DNA from: Macrostomum hystrix
Lineage: Eukaryota > Animalia > Platyhelminthes
Direction: 5' to 3'
DNA length: 64,000 nt
Assembly: GCA_950097015.1 (NCBI GenBank)
Contig: CATNEN010000039.1
Location: 8,122,001-8,186,000 of the forward strand
A program made the position numbers and the translations under genes. This document shows, piece by piece, positions 24,701 through 34,039 of this stretch; positions within the stretch are counted from its first letter, which is position 1, and every line of letters begins with the position of its first letter. Below the pieces are notes generated by a model that did not search any database, was not told the DNA's origin, and worked only from the letters and a program-made list of their open reading frames with translations.

Positions 24701-27520
24701 AGCAGTGGCGGCGAGTGATTTTCACAGATGAGAGCCGCTTTCGATTGTTCCGTGCCGACGGCCGCATTCGCGTGTGGCGCCAGCCGCGCCAGGAGATGCT
24801 GCCGCAGCACGTGCAAAACTCTGAGAGCCAGTCAGCTTCTATTCACGTGTGGGCAGGCATCACAATGCACGCGAAGACGGAGCTCGTGTTCCTGGATGCG
24901 ACTGTGACTGCCGAGTCGTACGCCAACCTTCTACAGACGCGCCTGCTGCCCTTCATTGATGCTTCATGTGGTGGCGTGGGGAACTGCGTCCTCCAAGACG
25001 ACAACGCCCCACCGCATCGCGCAGCCGCTGTGGCGCATCTGAAGGAGCTGCTGCACCTGCGAACCTTGCGCTGGCCGTCCCGATCACCGGACATGAATCC
25101 CATAGAGCACGTTTGGGATTACCTGAAGCGCTCGATTCGGCGCGACAATCCGCCGCAAAATGTTGCCCAACTGCGCGAATCACTGTCTACTGCATGGCAA
25201 CAACTACCGCAAGATTTTCTGCGACGCCTGGTTCTGGGGATGCCCCGGAGAGTGAGCGCTCTGCTGCACTCACGTGGCTGCTATACGCGTTACTGACCCT
25301 GTTCTGGGCGAGTTGTCACCCATGCTCGCGTACTTTGTTTCTTTGCTGTTCCTTTGCTTCGGTCGATTCCGGATTATATATTTGTCTATGGCTCAAACCA
25401 CGAATATCTCCACAGACCAAAACGTTGCCCCTTCGCGCGCTAGGGTGGAAACTTTTCAATGTGGCTGAGTGTACATTAATTGTAACATGTTGTAGCCTTA
25501 GTAACCTGTTTTATCCCTAGCAACTAGGCCCCCATGTCAGGCCTAGACAATCAAATGAAATAAGGTCTCGATGACAAAAGGACTAACCTGCTCCGGCTTA
25601 AGTCCGCTCAGCTTGTTATAAGCTGGATAACGACTAGACGGATTTATGCTAAAGTCGTCCAGTTTCTGGCTGACAGTTTCAGGCGTTGTCTGCGACAGCA
25701 GCTGATAGACGCTCTCCCGTTCAGCGATGGCCTCCAAAACGCTGCACCTGCCACTGCAGAATTGTTTCACAAGCCAGGCGCAGTCCAGTGCTCCGAGGAA
25801 GCCCCTGGCGCAGCCGGAACCAGTTGGCCAGAACGGCTCCAGCAGGGAGTCGCCAACAAGGCAGACTATGGCGCTCAATCCGCGCCGGTGAATGACGCGG
25901 CACGAGTTCTCAGCTGAGCAGAGCTCAGTGAAGTCAAACATGGCCACATCCTCTGAGCCGCAGTGATTGATGGCGAATTCCAAATTAGCCAAGCCGCCGC
26001 CAGTGGCGTAGGAGGCGGCCTCAACGGCATAGGCCTTCAATCGGTCCTGATCGACATTCTGCTGTGACAACAGCTGGCTAGGATCGTCTAAGTCGCGAAG
26101 CAGGACGCCTTTGTGAATTAAAGAGGCCTTCTTAGCTGTCATCACGAAATAATGCGTATCGTCTCTGTAGTACACAATGTTCTCCAAATCGATGCCCGTA
26201 GCCTGTCGCAGATCGTTGAAATATTTCTGATTATAGATGTAGGATATCCCGGAGATCTCCTGCACCTGGGATTCTTCAGCTGCGCTGCGTCTAACAAAAT
26301 TGGCCGTGATAGCAATGGCCAGCTTGCCGCGAAACACCTTGCGTCTGAATCCAGGCAGAGTGTTGCGCTTGCCGTCAGCACCAATCAGAACGTTGAACTC
26401 CAGCCTGAGTTGGGGAGATGAGGCATGGACTCAAACTGGTTTATGAGGCATGAACTCAAACTGGTTTATTATGCATGGATGTAAACTGGTTTATGAGGCA
26501 TGGACTCAAACTGGTTTATGAGGCATGGACTCAAACTGGTTTATGAGGCATGAACTCAAACTGGTTTATGAGGCATGGACTCGACTGGTTTATGAGGCAT
26601 GGACTCAAACTGGTTTATGAGGCATGGACTCGACTGGTTTATGAGGCATGGACTCAAACTGGTTTATGAGGCATGGACTCAAACTGGTTTATGATGCATG
26701 GACTCAACTGGTTTATGAGGCATGGACTCAAACTGATTTATGAGTCATGGACTTAAAATTGTTCATGAGGTATGGACTAAAACTCACAATGCAGAAGTTT
26801 AGGTTTAAAAAACGGATGTCTAGAGTTCGAGTCTCAAAGATGAAAGTTTCGAACAAATGAAAAGCAGCAGAGTTGCTATGCGTACCTGGCAACAGGATGC
26901 TCCGGCGGATCGACCCGGCACCGGAAGCCGTGCGAGGCGCCGCTGTCCTCGGCTCCGCCAGCCGACTGCGGCACATCTTCAACGCCTTCGAAGCCAACGC
27001 CTGGCAGAAAGTCGACGCCGAGAAGCAGCGCCACCTTGAGAAGGATGCACTGCAACGTCTTGATGCTGATGTGATCGATTGGGCCGCTGAACAGATGCGG
27101 CGCCAGCTTCTTAGCGCCAAGAGCTTTCAAATCATCGATTAAGAAAGGCCAGAGGTGCAGTACATTGTTGCGCGAGAACCGGTCTCGCTTCTCCAGCACG
27201 GTGACTCTGGCACCTAGTAGGGCCAATTCAATGGCCGTCCGTAAGCCGCAGGGTCCGCCGCCGATGACCAGAGCCCGACAGCCGGCAGCGGCGGCGCCCC
27301 CAGCGTAGTCCTTGGCGGCCGCCTTGTGGTGCAGCACAGTGAGCAGCTGGCCGGCGCGCCAATGCCGCCCGCTGCGCCGCTTAGCTAGCTGGTGACGAAA
27401 AAAATCCGGAGCGCACGGATTCAAATCGAGTAAGTCGCATAGGCGATTGAATGCTGTCAGGCAGGGCGCAATGTCGCCAGCGGACACAAAGCTGTCGTAG
27501 GCGGCCTCCAGCTCGCCCAT
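6603..27520 (-). CDS. MICAL: MICAL family F-actin monooxygenase (spliced, ~2050 aa)
   Basis: Exons (minus): 27520-26886, 26404-25588, 23920-23741, 19102-17544, 13406-12874, ~10752 or 10594-8669, 8083-7752, 6732-6603 (TGA). GT-AG junctions are phase-consistent except exon5-6. Motifs: IGGGPCG (FAD GxGxxG), FSRNNVLHLWPF, LIGADGKRNTL, FRGKLAIAITANF, GIDLENIVYY, LVGDSLLEPFWPTGSGCARG; CH-like FLRWLQ...LCILNTYLP; LIM CYFC...H..CFRC; C-terminal LVEEKDAL coiled coil (bMERB-like). Confidence 0.93.
6805..7435. repeat. 25-bp minisatellite GCCAATAGGAAAACATTGATAGTCA
   Basis: MICAL last intron. Confidence 0.95.
7752..8083 (-). CDS. MICAL: MICAL exon 7 (bMERB-like coiled coil)
   Basis: aaacttttag|TRTMELEAER...LVEEKDALQRLEHEL...LELEEK...ERDRQVAELEELRL; donor AG|GTATGC. 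Confidence 0.85.
8105..8640. repeat. 21-bp minisatellite ACTGTAAACTGGCATCTTGCT
   Basis: Fills almost all of MICAL intron 8084-8668. Confidence 0.95.
8669..10594 (-). CDS. MICAL: MICAL exon 6 (large acidic/low-complexity region leading into bMERB); 5' boundary uncertain (10594 or 10752)
   Basis: Core of the 706-aa ORF, GC-rich; donor CAG|GTGATG at 8668 joins in phase 0 to the 8083 exon. Confidence 0.78.
11115..11525. repeat. 23-bp minisatellite AGTCAGATAAGAGGCAGGGATAG
   Basis: Direct inspection. Confidence 0.92.
12068..12350 (+). mobile_element. SINE family B copy (internal deletion)
   Basis: Head and tail match 60811-61170. Confidence 0.8.
12517..12907. repeat. 98-bp tandem repeat x4 containing the MICAL exon 5 splice donor
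   Basis: Units start 12521, 12619, 12717, 12815. Confidence 0.95.
12874..13406 (-). CDS. MICAL: MICAL exon 5 (linker)
   Basis: gttccttcag acceptor phase 2 matches exon 4; donor G|GTGAGT at 12873. Confidence 0.8.
13565..14400. repeat. 21-bp minisatellite CCTGAAGGATCGGTTAGCCA(C/G)
   Basis: Direct inspection. Confidence 0.95.
15000..16120. repeat. 22-bp minisatellite GGTGAGATGGTAGACACACATA
   Basis: Direct inspection. Confidence 0.95.
16812..17480. repeat. 27-bp minisatellite GGGAGATTTCAGG(T/C)TTGGGATTAGTGA
   Basis: Direct inspection. Confidence 0.95.
17544..19102 (-). CDS. MICAL: MICAL exon 4 (CH-like remainder, LIM domain, low-complexity linker)
   Basis: ctatctacag|VLCILNTYLP...; LIM CYFCDGTVYAAER...FHMRCFRCQYPGC...FLCPSHH; donor AG|GTCAGT. 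Confidence 0.88.
19140..19342. repeat. 16-bp minisatellite CGAGCGCACTCTAGT(T/A)
   Basis: Direct inspection. Confidence 0.92.
20052..20760 (+). pseudogene. piggyBac (PGBD4-like) transposase fragment
   Basis: LSVDESLILYKGRLQFRQYIPSKR..GIKLY, YHIFVDKWF, FTGTVR, NCCMGGCYRLD (degenerate YN..MGGVD); no start or N-terminus. Confidence 0.85.
21700..22771 (+). pseudogene. IS630-like/Tc1 DDE transposase pseudogene
   Basis: One reading frame broken by TAG (22157) and TAA (22415); FLDETGF, ILMDGPNFH, LPPYSPFLNPVK (catalytic E replaced by K). Confidence 0.88.
23080..23231. repeat. Near-perfect inverted repeat (61-bp arms, 30-nt spacer)
   Basis: ccaaccggtaaaagcattataaggcttcag(g/c)ccatagacaaatcaactccccctataacgc and its reverse complement. 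Confidence 0.93.
23741..23920 (-). CDS. MICAL: MICAL exon 3 (end of MO domain, start of CH-like domain); not in ORF track
   Basis: ttttcacgcag|VRHLFDSDLPELGDKAPIKFPYKDVDQPFEQDRAFLRWLQIRLSRYEQMLDAVDDVEPKQ|GTATGT; 180 nt, phase 0/0. Confidence 0.85.
24025..25471 (+). mobile_element. Tc1-family DNA transposon, apparently full length (1447 bp), in MICAL intron 2
   Basis: TA target duplication on both sides; TIR CACTCAGC(A/C)ACATTGAAAAGTTTCCACCCT at both ends; intact transposase ORF. Confidence 0.93.
24262..25296 (+). CDS. Tc1 transposase (DD34E), 344 aa, uninterrupted
   Basis: N-terminal HTH; VIFTDESRF, LQDDNAPPH, WPSRSPDMNPIEHVW; 34 residues between the 2nd D and E. Confidence 0.93.
   Translation: MVRQMTDLERARAIGMLDAGMSIRAVARQIGRSHTAIRKLQIKCRETGSVAHATRGLRLNMRSTTRRADRRLLRMVKGSPTLPATLLRLMWAERSRRGNVLSAQTIRRRLRESGLRSRKMRKRSRLTPTHVASREQWAMQRVHWRQQQWRRVIFTDESRFRLFRADGRIRVWRQPRQEMLPQHVQNSESQSASIHVWAGITMHAKTELVFLDATVTAESYANLLQTRLLPFIDASCGGVGNCVLQDDNAPPHRAAAVAHLKELLHLRTLRWPSRSPDMNPIEHVWDYLKRSIRRDNPPQNVAQLRESLSTAWQQLPQDFLRRLVLGMPRRVSALLHSRGCYTRY
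25588..26404 (-). CDS. MICAL: MICAL exon 2 (monooxygenase domain C-half)
   Basis: Acceptor ccaactcag; LEFNVLIGADGKRNTLPGFRRKVFRGKLAIAITANF...KPEQ; donor CAG|GTTAGT. Confidence 0.92.
26417..26782. repeat. 25-bp minisatellite ATGAGGCATGGACTCAAACTGGTTT
   Basis: Fills most of MICAL intron 1. Confidence 0.95.
26886..27520 (-). CDS. MICAL: MICAL exon 1 (start, FAD-binding N-terminus)
   Basis: ATG at 27520; ALVIGGGPCGLRTAIELALLGA; donor AG|GTACGC at 26885. Confidence 0.92.
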
Positions 27521-30500
27521 GACTGCCAGCTGGGTGGCAAGGCTGGGGGTTACTCAATCTTCTTGCCCAATGCAGGACTAACTAACCTGCCCCAAAGAGT
27601 GAATCAGCCAGATGCGGCCCTGCAGTGAGACTGCACTGATGTAGTTTGTTAAACTGGTGTATTTTCTAAAAATAATTTCTGTCAGAATTTTGTAGAATTG
27701 TTGTTTTGCTGAAATTGGTCATTTAAAAAAGAAAAATACTTTGTTTTGCTGCTTATAATCACATGCAAGTGTTTTGAAAACTTTAAAATACTAATGGTAC
27801 ACTATGTCCCTATGCTACACAATACTTTTTGTTTAAAACTTACTAAGCTGAGATTAATTTTAGCTAGTAGTATAAAGCATAAATTATAATATAATGAAAA
27901 AAATATAATAAAACTGTGAACTTTGTCCTTTATTTTAGCAGATATAATATCTAGGCAATATAGCAGTAATTGACAAAAAAAGATTTCATCAAGGCACATA
28001 GTTCAGATTTTTAAGGATTTTTACCAACTTAATAAACTTTGGTAGTTAAAAAGTTTGTTGGATACAATAATAGGAATATGAATTCTAAGAGCATAAGTTA
28101 AAATTGTAAAGGTGTTTAATTTTTTAACTTAGTGTTTTTTTAATCCTGTGTAATCTGTGTAAATTCTGTTAGTGCAAAGATACATTTTGTTGGCAATTTT
28201 CAGCCTATACAGTGGTACAATGTCTGTGAGGCCAAGAGTCCCAGCAACAATCATATGGTCTGAGTCTTAAGGCATGCAGTTCAGTTCTATTAATTGCTGG
28301 CTGGCCATATTTAGAATAACTCCCCCATTGTAGTGTTTGCCAATAGGATGCTGTTGGTTTTGTAGCATAAATATTGAAAAATTTCATAAGTATAGCTTGG
28401 CATTAATTTAGCCAAATAGACTCCTGGCTCAACTGCCTGGGTGTAAATTATTGACTGGGTCCATCATCAGCATTAGTTATTTGAATTGACTATGCTAGCA
28501 ACTATGAACTATATCATTTATATTTCTTATATGTTGCATATTGGAATTAAGGGTAAAAATGTAAACATTTTAATGTGAATGCAAACCCTTGTAAATTTTT
28601 TTTGCGATTTTCTAATCAAGTTTATATGCTGGATACAACTTTAAAAAAATATATATATTTCAAGAAATTTTCTGTTTTCCAAGTTATAGTTTAGATATTG
28701 TTATAGACATAGTTATTACAAAGAAAATGTCTCTGTGTATTTAGCATGTCGTTTTTATAAACTTGGAAATTTTCCATCTATAGTTTACTATTTAGACTGT
28801 GGTGATGTGTGAATGATACCACAGATGTTACAGCTATACAAGTTAAGCATCAAGACAGAGCATAGAACTATGCAAGATTGTACACTAATACTAAAAAATT
28901 TGTAACTACATGACCAATAGCAGTATAAATATTTGTAAATTGTATTTACTTGTTATAAATAATTTAATTTAAACTTTTATGATAATTTCATTCAATAATT
29001 AAGCAAACTAAGAGATTGCCCAAGCCTAAGTGTCAGCAAACTCTGTCCCACAGGCCAAATCTGGTCTACAATGTAAAGGTGGCTTGTAAATTAACTTTTG
29101 AAACTTATATTTTACAATAATTGACTATATTTACTATTTCAATATACATAAATGGACTTGTAAATAGGGAGCCTAATGACTATGTTTTCTTCCTATTAGT
29201 ATTAGCCATATTGAAATTTTTGGCTCAAAAGACCATTAGGGCCTATGCCAAGCTAACAACAGCCTGTGTCTGTGCATACCTATAGGAAAAAAACATCAGT
29301 GTTGTGCCATGTTGCACTAAGCCATGCCTCCTAATTGTGCTTAATCTCAATTAGAATTTTTTTAATAAGCTAGACATGTTGGCAAAAATGTTGTTTTTAT
29401 ATAAGAATATTATAAACAATAAAAACTAGGTTAAAATCAATCTAATCAACTTCTATGGTTCTAAGGTTAGGCTATGGCTAAGATTCCAGAGTAAAATTTT
29501 TTTGTTTGTTGCTGGCCTATAGCACTGGCCTATACAAAAGCTTTATCTAGCTTGTAGCCAGGGTAGCCTAGTGATAAAAATTTTGTTGACCCTTGCCATA
29601 GCATATATCATGCTGAAAAAAATTAATTTAATATTAAATAATTAAATTAAATAAATTAGAAGCTACAAGTTTGTCTAGACCTTATTTTACAACATTATAT
29701 AAGTCAGCCAACCTTAACACAAGCATACTATTTTATAACTCACCCTTTTGGCAGGATATTTTGATATTTTAAATAACTTATAATTTTTACTTTTTTTGTA
29801 GGCTTATGTCTAGCTTTTTTTTCAAATTTTGAGATTTGTAGCATTGGGTATTTTTGTTTTAATTAGCATAAGTTTGTTTTCAAATTCAAAATCCTTCAAG
29901 AGGATTAGAAGCTTTAAAAGGTTTCTGAATCCTTTTCAGAATCTTTTAAATATAATTTTGGTATAAAAACTTAAAGTTTTCATAATGCATCAGTAAAAAA
30001 TTGCTTGGGATAGAAAACAAAAAGACAGCAGGCCTAGCTAAAACCTCCAGCTCCAGCAGCCAGGTTGGGGCCGATATCTGCATATTTATATTGTCTTGAT
30101 TAGAGAATTAAGATACTTAGGAGTCTTTAGGACTAAATCAATAATGAGTATGTAAAAGTAGACAAACAGTTTAAATACCGATAAAGTTTCAGACCAAAAC
30201 TGTTGGGGTCAATATTTAGTGTTGAAACAAGACAAGATAAATACGAAATGTGTTTAAAAATACTGTTTGTTAGTAGTAGATAGTAGTAAGGTAAATTGCT
30301 AGACGTCAAGCCAGGATCACAGAGCACGTGGAAATTGGTTTCTTTATTTGCTTTATTTACATAAATAACACATATAACGCGTAATAAATACACAAGAAAC
30401 TTTTCTTTTATAAATTTAGGAACAATGCATTCGAGTTTTTGCTAAATTAATTCGATAATGTGCTGACTTAGATCTGAAGTATATCGTAGAAAATTGGAAA

Positions 30501-31459
30501 TGGCGCAATATTCGAAACTCGGCAAAAGTCTAGCAAATAGTTAACAAATATTTAAATAATTTTTCTATACTGATATGCAAACAGAATTTATTCGTACAAT
30601 TTTAGGGGCACTTTATACTTCAGTTAACTAATGCTCATTAAATTAAATTTTAAAAGAGCCAAAAATACATTTTTACGATAACAAACTCCAAAGGCAAATG
30701 TGATTACCTGAATGTCAAATGTCATCTCTAAAATGTTAATATTTTTACACATTTGGTAACAGAAGCGAGGACTGAAGGAGAGTACATGATACATTTTTAC
30801 ATACAAGGAACGCACTACCAAGGACAAGGACACTACTTCCAGCCTTCCAGTACTGTATCTCTAAAAGACAGCAGTAGTGCAGTGTAGTGTAGTGTAGTGT
30901 AGGCCCTTGTGTAGTGTAGTGTATAGTGTTGTGTTGGAAAGAAGGGTAGTGAAGTACTCACTATGTCGTTTTACTAGAGTTGTCCTTGATACATAGATGC
31001 GTATAATAAACGTCCTCTTGAATCTTGCTGTGTACAATGTTGGTAAATCTGAATGTACATATTTATCTTTATTGCTGCGACTATAGTTTAGACCATGCAT
31101 GTGCATACACAGCCAGGGTAAATTACTATCGAGCTTGAAGAATTGCTTCCCAACTTAAAATTTAGTGTCTTGCATGAGCTAATAAAGCTGAATGTATAAT
31201 TCATGTTCACATAACTCATAATTCATGTTTTCTTTAGAAAAATAAGTACGAGAGCATTACTACCTAAACTAGTTGCATGGTTACCCGCTTGTGTACAAGA
31301 TTCGAGCTCACGGAAGGCTAAGTTGGCGTTAATGTCTACTTTTATTAGTAGTCCGTGATTGTGAATTGTTATGCATATGTATTATTTACCGTTTTTTTAC
31401 ACTTGTCCAGGTCTTTGTCCACGACTACTACTACTACTACTACACGACTATGACCATGA

Positions 31460-31591
31460 CCAAAATCGATAGAAAAATAAAAACTTTTAAGCCATAGTGC
31501 ATCGTGTTATAGTCGAAAACCGCACTTAAATCGGAGCAGTATTGCAAGAGCTATGTTCAAAAGGGAAAGGACTTTTGGAACACCCCTCGTA
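31460..31591 (-). mobile_element. Solo mariner/Tc1-like terminal fragment
   Basis: Reverse complement begins TA|CGAGGGGTGTTCCAAAAGTCC, a typical mariner-type end; no partner end seen. Confidence 0.45.
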
Positions 31592-34039
31592 CATGTTAAT
31601 AGCAACGCAAGGACCGCTATAGGAAAACTTTGGTTTATACACGAAGTTATACAGTCTTAGGGTTATACACGAAGTGTGTTAGCGAAAGTCTATAGGTTAA
31701 CGTCGGTGGCGTGGCGACTGACGAACTGCACATAGGTCTTTGCTTATTTAAGGTTGTGATTAAAAGAGCTAGTAGTGTAGCTGATACTATGTCGTGTATT
31801 TAGTGAGTCAGACACTTTATAGAATGCATGCCAATTTTCAATACTTCTTTTCTGCACGAACTTTTATCAGCTTTTGTAAAAATAACATGCAGATGCATGA
31901 AGCCCTGTAGCGTGTATTTGTTTTCCGAAGAATCGGCGTTCAACTCGCGTACAAGACAAGACACAACACTAGACACGAGACTAGGCCTCACCCAAGCCGA
32001 CTAAGACATTACTCATTATTCAATGTGCGTATTTGGTGAGAAGGCAAATAAGACTCCGCCCAGTCCTATATTTTTCATGTACGCTGCCGATACCGCGTTT
32101 GCATGAGTTTTATGTACATTAGGTTATATTCTGCCTTCACTTGTGCGGCACGTGGAGTGGGGTCGCCAACCAATAAGCGGTGCCGTGGCCAAGGTCAGTT
32201 TATCGGGTAAGAGAAGGGAAGGGAGGGAATGAAATAAAATGCAAATGTCTCGCCTCGGACGAGGAGAAAAAGAAGCCTTAGCTCTGCACGCCCAATCTAA
32301 TGACGCAGGTTGTCTAGTTTTGCTTCGCGAAATCTTCCAAGCTAAATTCGTCTTAAAGGCGATTGTTAAACTACAACAAAGCAGTTTATTTTCTGAGCTT
32401 CCTAAGCTGTTTTAAAGATTCTCTACCAGTATTTCTTGACGTTTACCATTGGCACTTGGCAGTAGGACTGAGAAAGCAATATAAAAAATATCAAAAGATA
32501 CTAAAGATATTCGCCAAATCATTTGGCTTAATAAGATTTGGTGAGAAATAAAAACTATAAAATCAAAATGATTTCCTAACAACAGAAACTATGTCTTAAA
32601 AGCCGAAAAATAACAAATTGCGTGTAATTTCTTAAAGATGGAATGGAATTATTCATTGTCTAGACGGACGATGTCTTATAATATTATTTTTTTAGCTATA
32701 TTTTCAAATTTAGCTAAGTAAGCTTTGACATTGGTCCTTAAAATATTACTTTAATAAAACTATTATTTTAGTAACTAGGTAAAGTGCAGAAACTAAGTTT
32801 TTTATCAGATTATTCAGCAACACTTTTCGCTGTTTTAATGGTTTTATTATTAAGTAGCGAGTACTATAACTGAGTTAAGTTTAGAATGGCTAAGTTATTA
32901 ACGTATATCAAGTCGATCAATATTTTATTTTATTCTTAGCTAAATTTAATTTGCTATTTTATGTTGCAAGTCATTGTTCTGTGTACAAGGTCTATCTGCA
33001 TTCTTGTGAGCGTAGGTCATAATCACGTGACATTAAAACGACTAATCATAATCAACAGTGCACTCAATACCCAAGCAATAGCATCAACCTTCCAGATAAT
33101 TGAACAACCTGTGGCAAAATCTATCCCCAATCTTGCCTAGTAGTTCTCATTTGCAGCGACATACTCGTGCGGCTAAAGTTTATCACGTGTTGAGAAGCAA
33201 TTGTACCTGTACTCTCACACAATCACAATCTAGCGCTCTGATCGCTTGATAAAGGCAAAGCTTGATCCTAATACACAACAAGCAATAATTCTAGCTTTTT
33301 TCCACCGATTCCCTGAGTATCAAAAACAAACTTAAGGATTTAAGACTAGTCTATAGTCTTGTCGGGTTTATATGAATTTTAACGCCTGACCAACGGCGCT
33401 AGAGTGAATAATGCGACCGAAAGAGAATAATTGAAAAGTTTTTTAAACAAAACTCGAATGTACTTTCTCTGTTCACTAGCGTATAGGGCATTTGTGGGGT
33501 TTCCCCATAGACAAATGAACGAATGGTAAATATTGTTGCCATAGACTATGGCTTGTCTCTCTCTTCAAGGCTATCTTTCTCTATGCGATCGTTGTTCAGA
33601 CCCACATCATAATCTATCATATAGTGTTTTTAACTAGGGCCTATCTTCGATTCTAAACGAAATAAAGACGTAAAGTGTATTCAAGCGTCAAACAAATTGT
33701 ATGTCTATAAATTCAAGGTGGGGTAAAACTGAATGCTAAAAGCGCTAAAAGGCATAAAAATCATTTACTCGTAAAATTTGCTTTTCGTCAAGCCAATGAA
33801 CAGAGCTACGAAAGTAGTTCTGCTGAAGCATACTGATACTGCACAGAAGTGTCAGCTAATTTTGTAATTAGCTACTAGACACGTATTTTTGCAATACGAA
33901 ATGCAAGCTATACTACTACTGTTTGTATTTTCAGTGTCTGGATATATCAGTAAAGTTTTCTATTTGGATTTAAATAATCGGTTCAAGAGTCGAAATAATT
34001 TCTCACTAGAAACACCGCGGGAATCTGCATGTCCCGAGC

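Noticed and set aside
27600-33900. Short ORFs in the AT-rich MICAL/ZC3H divergent intergenic region
   Set aside because: AT-rich, no homology cues; promoters could not be located from sequence alone.
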